DNA of 64,000 nucleotides from assembly GCA_965603825.1 (NCBI GenBank), contig CBFDEM010000039.1, positions 574,612-638,611 of the forward strand. Direction: 5' to 3'. Below, in pieces: positions 34,418 to 48,800 of this stretch. The notes under the pieces were generated by a model. It was not told where the DNA came from. It did not search any database and worked only from the letters and a program-made list of their open reading frames with translations. The position numbers and the translations under genes are program-made. The stretch is from Blepharisma stoltei ATCC 30299 (Eukaryota > Protista > Ciliophora). Numbering within the stretch: position 1 is the stretch's first letter; every line of letters begins with the position of its first letter.

Positions 34418-37400
34418 TTATTTTGTATCAGATTTTACCATTTTTCCATCCGTTTCTGTTTTGTTGTCAAGTCTAGAAATTTCATCATATGTAGATGGGT
34501 GCTCTATATGAATCTCCTCACTGTCAACAAATGAAGAAAATAATTTATTTTCTTCTGAACCTTTTTTCACCATGCTCATAAATACTTGCTTCATATTTAG
34601 ATTAAAAATTTCGGCGGCATCAAAATTTTCAGATAATGAGTTTGGGCTGTTTTTTACTATAGAAAAGATCTTTTCTCCTCCTTTAATCATTACATGCCTT
34701 TCAATATTCTCTTCAAATAAAGCATCATCAAAGCCATCCATCACCTTTCTATGGAATCTATTTCTAAAAAAAGGGATTTTTTCACTTAAGTATTGAATCC
34801 CAGCTCCAAACATTTTCAAAACCCAGTAGTAAATAAAATAGGCATTCACCAGGACGATAGCAATAAAAAACACAACTTTTGTAGCTTCATTTAAAGCACC
34901 AGTTAGATAATAAAGTCCACAATATATTGTAATTGTAGCAACTAAAATTGATCTAATTTCCATTTGGTTTAAAATGCTCCCGTCATAAGGCTGGTTTTGA
35001 GATTGCATAATTAAACAAAAAAGAAGCAATACCATCACAGTCAATGCTTGAATATCTGTAGAAATATTTTGCAGAAAAACAGAGCAGCACACTATAAGAA
35101 TTTTTCGATACAGTATCAAGAATTCCCAATAATATTTCCTAGCCTTATACCCATTAAAAAGGAATCCAAATCTTAGCCTTATACTTAGCGCGTTTAAATG
35201 TCTTCTATTTTTCCATAAAAAGAATAAGGAGACGGTAGGGATTCCAATTCCCCACACTATAATAGAAGGAATAGACACTGCAAAAATATAAAACAAGTGA
35301 TTATCATCCCAGCACCTTATTTCCAAATTATCGACCAGCCAGAATTCCCCAACGTCAATTTCTCTGCAACTAAACGAAGAAAACATCACTTTTACCAAAT
35401 TTGGGTGGATTAAAAACAGCAAAATAACGATAGTAGACACTAAATCATTGGTAAAGGTTAGAAAATTCCCCCTATGCAGCATCATGCAAACCCAGAACAA
35501 AAGTGACCCGCAGCCAATAGCAATAGGAATGACGCTCATAATAATCAGTTTATTGAAATAGACTTGCTCCATTCCTTCCCCAGTATCTAAAAAACAGTCA
35601 AAAGAAAATACTTCGTCACTTACAGACCCTGCACTGCTTTGGACAGAAAAAAGCTGCAAAACTGTATCTGGCCATTCCAAGTTGAAGGTGGTAATGAGTA
35701 TAACGAGCTGCAAATAATTTACGAAAATTTTGATGTAGACTGATTCAATTGATTTCGGCTTATAGGCAGAATTCCGAGAAGTTCGGACCATAATAGCCCC
35801 CACAATGATCGCTGCAATAACAATGCCGATTACTCTGAAAGCATTAGAAACTGGGTCAGGGCATTTTCCACAAGTATTTGGATTCGTTCTTGAATATCCT
35901 GAATAGCAGGCTTGACACATATTTCCATGGTAGCCTTCCTCGCAACGGCCTGTCAAAGAGAAATGCTCTTTGCTCGATCCTTCACATGCCGATTTCTTTG
36001 GACAGGCCCAAAAAGTGCTTGACATATTAGAAGACCTTCAATATCCTGGCAGAGGGACCATCGTGTAGTTTCCATAGCACTTCGCTTCACTTGGGCAATC
36101 TATGCAAGCAGTATTCTCGCCATCTAAGCTGTAACTTCCTTTATCACATACTTGGCAGTTATTTCCAACAGTGGCTTCTCCAATAATGCATTTTCTTAGC
36201 GAAATATTTACCTTCACAGTTGAAATATAAGTAATTTGGCTACTATTTGACTTTGTTGAGTCTATTCCTGTTGAATACACTTCTATGTCAACATCAGTGC
36301 CAGGTATTGCTCAAACGATAAAATCATTAAAAACATACACCCCTTTTGCTGCCGTCACTTTTGTGGTCCCAGAGAAGGTTGTTGTCGAAGAGTTTGTAAC
36401 CAAAAGTTCAGCTGAGCTCGAGCTATCTGTGGTAACGATATTATTGTAATAATCCACCAATGCAATCTTTAACGTTTTCGAAGACGTCTGTCCTGGTGCT
36501 AAATTTGATAAGGAAGTCGCTAAAGGGGCACTTTCAAGCCTTCGTTGGTATCCAATCAGTTCTCCATTTTCATCAAGGGCTACTATTTTTACCGCATAAG
36601 AGCCAATATCGTCACCATAAGCCGCAGTATTATTGGCAAACACATTTCCTGACAATACCGGCATGATGTCTTCAAAGTTGAGAGCTCCACCATCATAGGT
36701 TGCGAAGTTATCAACAAAAGTATTGCTCGAGAAATAAAATTCACAGGTCTTGAAATCTTCACAGAGAGTATTAATAGCACCCCCGTTACCATCTACTGGT
36801 GTAGTTGCTGTAATCGGGTCATCGGTGATTGCGGAGTTTCCTGAAAATGTGGAAAAAGAAATATTCAGCTTGACGTTATTGCTATAGATCGAGCCTCCGA
36901 TTTCTCCTCTGTTGTTTTGAAACATTGTGTTTGAGATTATATAAGAGTTAGCTATTTCGTTATCATTTGTAGTTCATATGTACAAAGCGCCTCCCAAGCG
37001 TTTTGCTCTATTTTTAATAAACTCAGAATCATAGATTTCCAGCTCGACGCAGCCAGTGCATGATAAGGCGCCTCCACTTGGAGAGTACCCATTATAAAAT
37101 TGGCTTCCTTTGATTCAAATGTGCATCATTTTTTCTCCACTTATGGCGCCCATAGAAAAGGTATCAAAGTAGGAGTTTTCGACATACAAGTTGCTTTCGT
37201 AGCCTACTATGACTCCTCCCAAGTCATTACTGCTTGAATTAATGAATTTGCTGTCTGTGATGTTTAATGAACTTCCCGAGTATGATAAAATTGAACCCCC
37301 TCCTCCAGAATAGGCAAAATTCCCACTGAAGGTGCAGCTGCTTATTATAACTTCACTGGCTGTAGAAAACACTGCACCTCCTGAGTTGCTACTTTTGCCA

Positions 37401-40400
37401 TTGTTAAAGAAGCAGCCTTGGATAATCGCTGTACTTTGTGTGGTCGCATATAAAAAGCTGCCTTGAACACTTTGTTGCGAATAAAACGTGCTTTTAGTGA
37501 TTGTGGCAGTTGAAAGAGTAAGTAAAACTCCTCCTGTGACCATTTTCGCTGAGTTTTCATGCACTTTGGATGAAGTGATGTTTATTGCGGAGTCAAGCAG
37601 TGCTACAGAACCTTCATTATAGGCATAATTTGAAGCAATCGTTACATTATGCAGCTGAGATACAGGACTTGGAGATCCTAACAAATAAACCGCTGAGCCT
37701 TTATTGGTAGATATGTTTTCTTCGAAGACTGAATGGGATACATTGAAAACAGAATCCTGCTCGTTGTAAATTGCTCCTCCAGAGTCATCTGCAAAGTTTT
37801 TTTGAAAGCTGCAATAATTGCAGGTCAAGTTAGAGTTTCCAGCAACGCTTATTGCCCCTCCATGTGACGATGAATTATTTTCTTCGAATATTGTGGCTGT
37901 GAGACTGGCTGATGCGTTATCGTCCATTCTGAGTCCTCCGCCTACCATTCCTGAATTGTTTTTGATGATGGACCCATTATCAACCCATGAGTCGTAGTCC
38001 AAAAATACAGCAGATCCTACATTATTTAGAAAAGAGCACGATTTTGTTACCACAAAAGAAAAAATGTCAGCATTTGAAGCATATAAAACGGCACCCCCAC
38101 TGTTATAAAGAAACTCAGTGTTTTCTATATAAAATGTCCCTGAGTATTGCAGATCAGGACCGATTTCTAAATAAATCGCTGATCCAAGCCTAGCTGTGTT
38201 TTTATAAAAAACAGAGTTTGAGATGCTCAATGTGCCACTTGAATATAGAGCTGCAATGGCCCCTGATATTTTCGCTGTGTTTTCTTTAAATGTACAATTG
38301 TAGAGGAAAGAGCCTGCAGCTATTGCAATGGAATCCTCCAAGTATATTACAGAACCGTATTCTCCATAATTCGACTCAAAAGTTGTGTTCTTTATTGCCA
38401 AGTATATTGTATTTGTGGAGATTCCTTCATTTTCCATATAGACTGCTCCACCATTTATTGAAGAACTTTTGTAAAATGTGCAAGAGTCTGCATATACGGA
38501 CAGTGTCCCAGAGCTTAATTGGCTAATATACAAGCCTGCCCCATGGGTAGGAGAGCCATTATATTCAAATGTGTCATTATAGAGCTTAACAATACTTCCA
38601 ACAAAATAAATCCCTCCTTCTGAAGCATAATTTTTATAAAAAAGCGTCGAATTGACTTCTAAGACCTGGGAACTACCTTTGGCATAAATAAGTCCATACC
38701 CAGTATCAGCGTAATTTGTGTTATTCAGAAACTTTGAGCTTGTTATGCCAGTTTGATTCCCATTATTAATGTACAGCACTGTAGAGAGGCTCGCTGACCA
38801 CCCATAGTTCGAGTTAAACGTTGTATTAGTAAAATTGACTACATTGGAGCTGTCAAAGTTTATGACAGGATTAGATTCAGAGCAGTAATTGTTTGTGATT
38901 TCAGAGTCTTTAATAGTGATATTTGTGACTATGGAGAAAGCAGACATATATTCGCAGGTCAGCTGGTTGGTTTTGATCTCATCTTTCATATACATGTCTG
39001 GGTTATTAATCCAAGAGTTGAATACAATGGTGTTAACGTTTATGCCTGTGTTTAACCTTTCTGTATCTCCATTTGAGTCTATTGTGACCCCACTTATAAA
39101 AATATTGAAAATTTTGGTCAAATAAAAAATTCCATTGCTTCCTGAATAGTTGTTTTTGATTGTGCCTGAATATCAGTTGAACCAGCGAGGGTTTTGATGG
39201 GCTGTGATCCTATAACCATTATCTGTAGTCACTGTTCCTGTTGTTCCATATATATATTCGTTTTTTACTACTGTGTTGTTTAATACAAAAAAACTGCCTG
39301 ACTCGACTACGTTATTTTGTATATCAAGAGAATCTATATGATAATTTTGTAGTTCAGGGACATAATAGGCTGCAATAATTCCAATGTTTATCCCATAATT
39401 ATTGTAAAACTTCGATGACTTTATTGTGACATGATCTATTGTATAGTCGATAATTTCATTATTATCTACAGTCTGCTCCAAAGCCAAATTACTCGCAAGT
39501 ATAAATATAATACCGTTCTGGACATAATTGTACGAAAACTCACATTTTTCAATATACAGCGTCCTAAAGATTTCTAAATAAAGTACACTTCCTGCATCAT
39601 CAGCTTCAGGATCTGATATAAAATTATTTTTGAAATTTACATTTGCAATACTAACACTTTTGGCCTTAAGAACTCTCAAAAACCCCATTAATATCAGAGA
39701 GCTGTCATACTCAAATCCATTATTTAATTTCTCTACATTTCCTTTATTATACTGAAAATTCCCACATTCATAAGTAGCTGATCCACAATCAGCAAAAATA
39801 ATGACACTAGAGTTTTCAAACGGAGCAGTTCTTATATTGCTAAAATCAACGCTCTCTAGGTCAAGATTTCCACCATTGCTGGAAATCAACGAGTTTTCTT
39901 CTAATCTCCAATTCGTGAAATTTACATTTTTCAGCAATAAGCTGCAATTTCCAGGAATTTCAAATAAATTCCAGCCATGGTTTTCTGCGCATTCATCAGC
40001 ATCCAGAAACTCAGTTATGGCTTCCCCTCTATCATTTTGATAAGTTCCATCAAAAATCTGTGTAACATAAGGGCAATAAGAACAATATTCACTGGAAGAG
40101 TTGCATTTACTTTTTTCGCTCTCCCAGTAATAGGCATCAAAGTTTATATTGGTAAAAGACATATAGACAGTGTTTTCAAGGGTTATTGTAATTGTGTCTT
40201 TGTTTGGGTAAGGCTTTATTGTTGGGGTTGAGCTATCACTTGAAGTTATTGTCAGATTTTGGCGCACAACTTGATAATTATAAGGCCTTGAGGCATCTGC
40301 AATGGTTACATAAATTTCTGAATTTTTGTCTACCTCGGTCAAATAGTGGTACCCTGGAGTCAGGTACACAATTGAGTATGCTGTACTTATAGAAGCCAAT

Positions 40401-41806
40401 GCTAGTGATAGTGTTTTTCAAGGCTTCGCTATAGTCCCATCCCCTCCTAAAGAGTCAGTTGTATTTCAGTCCACATAATAAACTGCTGGGTTATCTGCAG
40501 TGGACTTATCTTCTTCAAGCACACAAATTCAAGCCTGCTCTAGAAAATGCAGAGGCTCATACCCTGTGGGGCATTCTTCAACACAATATCCAAAGAATTG
40601 ATAGTTATTTGAGACTGACGAATCGCATTCGTAGCACATGCCAAGGTCGTCTCCATAGCATTTTAAACAGTTTGAGTCTGCACAAACTGTTTCATTATAA
40701 GGAAAACAGTTGTATTGGGACCACCAGCAGCGGTCATTATTGCAGTCGCTGCTGCAGGTTTCAGGAACAGCTAAATCAGCCGCTGTACAATTAGTTTTCT
40801 TTAAACAGCTTTTTATAGTTGGAACTTCTGTAAAATTGTTGTTCATTAGCTGCAAACGCATGTAAAATATTGATAAATCTGTATTACTGCATCTTTTGTC
40901 TGTGCTTGTGCTTATCTGATCTCATAAGCAGTCTGCAACCATGCAGCCTTCAGAGCAGTTACCGTAACTATTAATGTTGCATGTAGATGCGCATTGACAA
41001 TCACCGCCATCTCAATTACAATTTTCGTTATTGCATGCAGACTCACATGTCCCATTTCCTATAAAGCTGTCAAAGCAGCCAGAAGCGCAGTCACCGCATG
41101 CATGGCTATCAAAATCGCACTCAGCAACATTGCAGACCGCATCACACCCTGAGTTATTAAGCTCAGTTAAGGTACAGCCTGGGCTACAATCACAATCTGT
41201 CCCGTCTCAACCACATTCTTCATTATAGCATTCTTTATCGCAGACAGTGTTATTCAGCATATTAATATAGCAGCCAGAAGCACAAGCAGAGGTTTGGCAG
41301 TCTCCAAAGTCATAATTACAACTTGAAACGTCACAAGCTGAGTCACAATTTCCATCTCCAAGGAGACTTGATGGACAATTCTGGCTGCAGTCTTGGCAAA
41401 GACCAAGTCCATAATAGCAAGAGGCCGTATTGCAAACAGAATAGCAGCTGCTCCCCAGCATTTTGTCATAGCCTAAATAGCATTTACAATTAGAAGAGCA
41501 TTTGCCACAATCGCCTAAGTCATAGGCACAAGTTCAGCTATTGCATTCAGAATTACAAGTTCCATCACCTAGCTTTGATAATTGACACTGAGTTCTGTAA
41601 ATACAATCAGAATAACAATCAGAATCAGCGATTTTTCCTGTTTTTGAGTCATAATTGCAGTAAGGATTCATACAATTTTGGTCGCAGTGACCATCGCCAA
41701 TCTATATAGGGCTCACAAATGAATCTGGGCATAGATTTTTATTGCAAGTAATAGTCAATGAAAAAGAAACTGGGATATGTGAGAAAATGATAAGAAACAT
41801 AATCAT
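34418..41806 (-). CDS. Giant LNR/beta-helix/multi-TM receptor-like protein, paralog B (~2452 aa); introns 41702..41716 and 41473..41487
   Basis: Listed ORFs are all in frame via TGA=Trp; same architecture as paralog A. Confidence 0.9.
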
Positions 41807-42867
41807 TTTGTATTTATAAATATTATGGTCTTTTAGGCTGACAATCAAATAATACTAATTGATTAATAAGATTCTTAGTGCTTTTTCTCTTTTATTTAAA
41901 ATATAAAAGGCTTGCTCTTATTTTACTGTTAAGGGAAAAAGGGAGAACACAATTTTAATTAATAATTGTAAAGAGGAATAATTTACGTTAATCACAATTT
42001 AGCCTTTTTAAGTCTAAATTCTTAAATTTCATAAGTCCGTAAATTTGCTCTCAAATTTTTATTAAATCTATTTTATTTCTCAAATAAGCCCATTGAAAAA
42101 TTAAAAATCAGTAATTATATCAGCGAAAGCACAAATGGTTCAATAAAAGCATTTCTATTTTATAAATTTTTATAGTGCTTTTTTTGCAGCTTAAGTCCTT
42201 TCTAATGTGTATTTGTAACAGAAATAAAGAAAGAAATCATTATTCAATTCCGCTTGCGTCTTTTCTCAAGCATTAATTTCTAACTTATTATAAAAAAAAC
42301 GCATAAACTAAAAAAATTATAAGCGTATAGAAATAAATAACATCCTGGTATTAATTAAATTGCATCAAGGATAAGAGTAAAAACTAAAACTAAATCATAT
42401 TAATTTAGTAAAGTATACAGAGTAGAGTTAAAAGATCTTACTAAAATTTTCATCTATTAGAATTCAATTTAATCCTAAATATTTTTATAAAATTTTAGCC
42501 CCTGGTCCTATTTTTTATTGTCGTCATTCATAAAATGCTAAAGATGTTAAGAAAACAGTATGCCATTTTTCAATAAGTCATGCCATATAAGTTCTTTTGT
42601 AATATTCTTATAAAGTCGCAAAGAATTGGCTCTACAAGTAAGCAATAGGGACTAACCTAAGATTACATTTTGTTTTGGATCCAACTTAACCCAACAAGAT
42701 TATTGGTCGTCAGATATTACTGAATGATTAAATTTTGGCTTAGCTAATTGCCATGATTTCAATGCTCACGCAAATATTAATTATTGGCTAATTATTTGTA
42801 ACGTTCGGCATATTTCAATTCGAAGCCTGGACTGAAATGCAACGGATATTAATAAAATTTTCAAATA

Positions 42868-45800
42868 TTAATAGTAAATATTTTTATTATTACTTTGATT
42901 GTTGAGCTCCCTCAGACTAAATGTTCTTGATGGTGGAAATTCATCTTTTGACTCTTCTTCTAGCATCGTTGCAGAGCGATTGCCTTCATGAGTAAACAGA
43001 TCTTCTACAACCTCGACTTTTCTATTTTTTTCATTAGCGTGACGGTGAACAATGCCCAAAAATAAGTCCCTCATATCGCTATTCAGTGCCTTTTCAAGAT
43101 CATCATCAAGAGGAATGCTAGGCACAGGATCATCACCTGGAATAATCGAGAAGAATTTGTCGCCTTCTTTTACAATAACATGAGCAGGATGCTTCTTCTC
43201 AAAAATATCGTCACTTAGCCCGTCCAAAACGCGTCTGCTGAACCTCTTCCTCAGGCAAGGTACGAGATCACTTGCTATTTGAAGATAGGCTCCAAACATT
43301 TTTTTTACCCAGTAATTTAAGAAATAGATGTTTATTCCGCAAATTACAAAGAAAAAGACATTTTCAGAAACAGAGTCCAAAGAGTCTGTTAAATAGTAAA
43401 GGCCGCAGTAGATGGTTACTGACGCAACCATGATTGATCGGAGCTCCATTTGATTTAAAACTTCTCCATTGTAAGGCTTCTTATCATTTTGTAAATAAAG
43501 GCAAAACAAGAGCAGAATCATGACAGTTAATGCCTGGATGCTAGTAGAAATATTTGCTAAAAATACTGAACAGCACACAATCAAAATTTTCCTATATAAA
43601 ATGATGAATTCCCAATAGTAGGCTCTATATTTATAGCCGTTGAAAAGAAATCCGAACTTCAATCTGACACTAATAGTATCCAAGGCCCTTTTATTTCTCC
43701 ACAAAAAGAACAAGCTAACAGTTGGAATCCCAATTCCCCACACAATGATAGAAGGAACCGCTACCACCAAAGAGTAAAAGATATGCCTTGAGTTCCAACA
43801 TCTGATATCCAAATTGTCCACTAGTCAGTATTCTCCACTATCGAGTTCTCTACAAGAAAACACCCCGAACATTGCTTTCACCAAATTGGGGTGGAAAAGG
43901 AACAGCAAAATGACAATGGTTGAGATCAAATCATTTTTAAAGGTTTTCGCTGATCGCTTGTAAATAGCCATCGTCCCCCAGAAGAGTAAAGATATTAATC
44001 CAATTACTATTGGGATAAGACTCATGAGGATCAGCTTATTGAAATAAACTTGATCCATGCCTTGTCCAGTGTCTAAGAAGCAATCAAAAGAGTAGGCCTG
44101 CTCACTTACAGACCCTGCTTGACTTTGAACAGCAAAGAGATCCACAACCAGGCTAGGCCAAGACAAATCAAAAGTAGTCATAAGCATAATCATTTGCAAG
44201 TAGTTCGCAAAAATTTTGATATAGACTGAGTGAATTGCTTTGGGTTTGTAGGCACTGTTTCGGGTTGTCCTGACCATGACTCCACACACAATAATAACTA
44301 GAATGCAAATCCCTATGACCTTAAAGGAATTGGTAACTTCATCAGGGCATTTCCCACATGTGTTTGAGCTTGATCTTGAGTAGCCTGTATCGCAAGCTTG
44401 GCATAAGTTCCCTGTGTATCCTGTGCTGCACTCCCCTGTGTAAGAGAGATTTTTAGTAGAACTATAAGCCCCTCCTAAGCAGGCTGCCGAATTAGGGCAA
44501 GCAATGAAATTGTCTGAGTATTTGCCAGATCTCCAATAGCCACTTTGTGGAGCCATTGTCCAATTCCCATAGCAAGTAGCTGAATGTGACGGACAAGTGA
44601 GACATTGGGTGTTGCTGGGGTCTAAGCTATAAAATCCTGAAGCACAAACTTCACAATTCACTCCAACTGTTGCTTCACCTATGATACACTCTCTCATAGA
44701 AACAGCAACATCTACGGTGCTGGTAAAAGTTGCACCAGGAAGCTTGCTTTGCTTCGAAGTATCAATGCCTGTAGAAGTCACGTAAATTGACACATCTGAG
44801 CCCGGCTCAGCAGAAACTATGAAACTCGGAAAGTAGTAGACCCCTTTCTGTGCTGTAGCTTTTGTAGTGCCTGATAGTGTCGTTGAAGTAGAATTCGTTG
44901 GGTATAATTGAGCTGTGCTGGAGCTGTCAGTCAACACTATGTTTCCGTAATAGTCTACCAGAGCTAATCTTAGCTCACTGGTCGTTTCCTGTCCTGACGC
45001 AATGCCTGATATTGACGTAGCAGTTGGGTTATCTTCAAGCCTTCTGGTATAGTCCACCAGCTTGCCATTCGCATCCACTGACATTAATTTTATTGCAAAT
45101 GAAGAAATTTCTGCCGCATAAGAAGCTTTGTTGCCCTTAAAAGTATTATTAGTCTCAGAGGGACTGATATCTTCCCAGTTGATTCCTCCTCCATTGTATG
45201 TTGCTGTATTATTAAAAAATTTGTTAGAAGTCAAGTTAAATACGCAGCTTGTAAAATCTGTGCAGGCCAAGTTTATTCCTCCTCCGTTACCTGTAGTTGG
45301 TATTGACCCTGTGTTTGTTTCTGTTGTGGTAGCATTGTTTCCTGTGAATTCTGAGTTGGAAACATTCAAATTAATATTATTTGTGTAGATTCCTCCCCCT
45401 AATATGGCTGAGTTGCTATTAAATGTAGAACTTTTTATGATGTATGGATTCGTGATCTCGGTGTCGCTGGAAGTTGACAAGTACAAAGCTCCACCTTCTT
45501 CAGCAGTATTCGATTCGAAGGTGCAGCTAGTTATAGTAATTGATTCACAGGATACGCAGGTAAGTGCACCTCCACTTGCGCCAACTCCGTTGAGGAACTG
45601 AGAATTTTCGAGTTTCACTGAGTTCATTTTGGAGCCATAAATTGCGCCCCATTTGTAGTTCTTCATCACGGTTTTGGATACTTCGAGGTCGCTCTCATAT
45701 GAATTGATGACTCCTCCTACATCTTTACTGTAGGAGTCAGTTAAAAAGCTGTTTTTGATAGTCAAAATGCTGCTGGAGTATGCTAGGATTGCTCCACCTC

Positions 45801-48800
45801 CTCCTGTAGTTGCATTTGACCTTGTAAAAGTACAATTGTCCATAGTCACAGTACTAGAAATGGAAAAAATGGCTCCGGCTGAGCTGGTACTAACTCCATC
45901 TGTAAAGGTAGAGTTATACATATCTACCTCGCTCTGGGTTGTAGCATAAATAAAGCTCCCCTGATCCCCACTTTGGCTATAAAACTTCGAATTCGAAATA
46001 GTCGCATCAGACAGTGTCAAAAGCATCCCAGGGGTTATTGAAGTAGCTGTATTTTTGTAAACAGTGGTCGTGTCTATGTTGATAGAAGAATCAAGAAGGG
46101 CAATTGAGGCTTGATTGGCAGAACTGTTTTCGTGGACTGTTGAGTTCTTGAGAAGAGAAGTTGGTGAAGAAGAGCCCAACATATAAATGGCTGCTCCCTT
46201 ATCAGTGCACTCATTTTGGTATATGAAAGAATTGGTGATGTTAAAGTAGGATTTCTGCTCGCTAAAGATGGCTCCTCCTGAGCCTCCAGCTGTATTTTCT
46301 TCAAAAGTGCAGTTTAGGCAGTAAAATGTAGATGCTGAGCCTAATGAAACGGCTCCGCCATCCTGAGTGGCTGTGTTTGAAGAGAAAACTGTGTTAGTGC
46401 ATTTAGCAAATGAAGCGTCAAGCAGCTTTATGCCTCCAGAAGCTTTCCCAGAATTATTTTCGATGACTGAATCTGAGTCAATCCAATAATCGTAGTCCAT
46501 TCACACTGGTATACCAGTGTTGGATGAGAATGTGCATGTATCGGTCTCAATGTGAGAATAAACATCTGAATTTGTCATATAAAGCACAGCAGCTCCTGAG
46601 TTTGAAGTAAATTTAATGCTCTTCATAAGTGTTTTGCAAATCGTGATGTCACTTTCAGTCGCAGTTTCCAGATATATTCCTGACGCTACTCTCCCAATAT
46701 TTGAGCTGAATTCACAGTTTTCTATATAAAAAGTCCCATCAGCAAACAAAGCTGAGAGGGTGCCTGAACTGGTCGCATTGTTTTTAGAAAAAGTAGTAGA
46801 GACAATTGACGAAGTTTTGTACTCATAGATTTTTAAGGCACTGCCCATATAAATTGCAGAACCATATCCACCTGTATTCTCAGTGAAAGTGCAAGATTCT
46901 ACATTGAATATAATTGAGTTATATACGGCTCCTACATTTTCAAAGTATAGTCCGCCGCCATAACTAGACCCCAGGTTATTAGAAAAAGTGCATGAGACTG
47001 CTGTAATTGTAATTCTTCCTGTGGCGGTCTGCTGGATGCAAACTCCTCCACCATTTTTGGAAGCAGTATTTTTATTAAAGGTATTATCATACATATAAAG
47101 ATTCACCCCTGCAAAGAAAAGGCCACCTCCAGTCGTGCCTATATTCGACTCAAAAGTAGTTTCGTTAATTGTCATATTTAAAGCGCTCCCATCTGCACCG
47201 ATAGCCCCATATCCTGTCTCTGCTAAATTTTCATTAGATTTTATAGAGCAGCTCATTATATGCGTTTCGTTGCCTCCATTTATATACAATGAAGTTGGGT
47301 ATTTGGTTGATTTTCCTGTATTGCCGCTAATAGTCACATCATTGAAAACATTGATGTTTGAGCTTGATACAAGTACATATGGTGTTGAAGAGTAAGCAAC
47401 ACTGCCAGTTATTTTTGATGAGATCATCGTAAAATTGGTCATTGTGCTCATTGAGGCCAATGAAGTAAAGTCTAGAAATGCAGGAGAAGCTGAAAGAGTC
47501 TTCAAATGTATGTTGGTGTTATCTTTTCAAGGCTTGAAAACCAGGGTATTCACAGTGTTATTTGTTGCACCATTTGAGGTTATTTGTATATCATCCATAT
47601 ATAGATTTACAAGCTTGGTAAAGTCCCACAATCCAGAGCTGCCAGAATTATTGTTGTCAAAGGTGAGAGTTTTCCAGTAAAATGTCCTTTGTCTTTGAAA
47701 AGCATTGACTTTTCCTTTTGAAGTGCTTACAGCTGCAGTTTGACCATATATGTATCTATCCTGCACAATGCCATTGGAAATATAAATAATTGGGCCTTTT
47801 TCTACTCCATTATTGCTAATCTCGACGTTATTTCAGTTAATATTTTGTAGCTCAATTTGATACACAGCTGCAAAAATCCCATAGGTAACGCCATAGTTAT
47901 ATATAAAGGTTGAGCCAGTAATTGTCACATGATCGATCAAATAATCAGTTATTTCATCCTTAGAGTTTACATCATAGTTCAGCTCTAAATTCGTAGCTTT
48001 TAAGTAAATTAAAGAAGAGTACACATAATTGTAAGAGAAAGTGCAAGAGTCAATAGTAAGGGTCTTAAATATTTCTAGGTAAATTAAAGAGTCATCCACA
48101 GAATTAGTTGCAGAATAGACTGCGTTGTTCTCGAAAGTGATACTTTTAAAAGAAATCGCTTGGCTTCTCGTAGATCTGAAAAATCCTTTCAAAGTTAAGG
48201 ATGATGAGTACTCAAAGCCGTTGTTTATTCTCGCGACACTGCCAGTTTTGTAAGTAAAATCACCACAGCCATAAGAATTAGATGAGCTTTGCATACAGTC
48301 TTTGAAAAGGATCACAGCAGATCCAGATGCAGGATTATTACGAATATTGTCAAAGTTAGTGTTGGTGAAGTCTAGATTTCCTCCGTTATTCTGAATAATT
48401 GAGTTGAGTTCCATTCTTCAGTTGTTAAACTGGACATTGTTCAGGATTAAAGTAGTTCCTGATGTTACTTCAATCAAATTTTGATTGTGATATTTTTGAC
48501 ATTGCGTAGACTCTGCAAAATCTGTTATAGCATTCCCCTGATCATCTTTGTATGAACCGTCATACTGTTGAGTTACTGTGGGACAATATGAGCAATAGCC
48601 TCCTAAGCAATTATTTTTCCCATGAGCCCATTCATCCCCGTCAAAAATTACATTAGCTATCGTAAGCGATACAGTGTTTTGAGTGGTAATTGTCAAAAGA
48701 CTTCAATCCACTTTGGGCTTGAGGTGCACAGTAGCACTGTTTTCAGTCATAATGATAAGACTTTGTCTGTTGGTTTGCGAGTTGTAAGGCTTTGCAGAGT

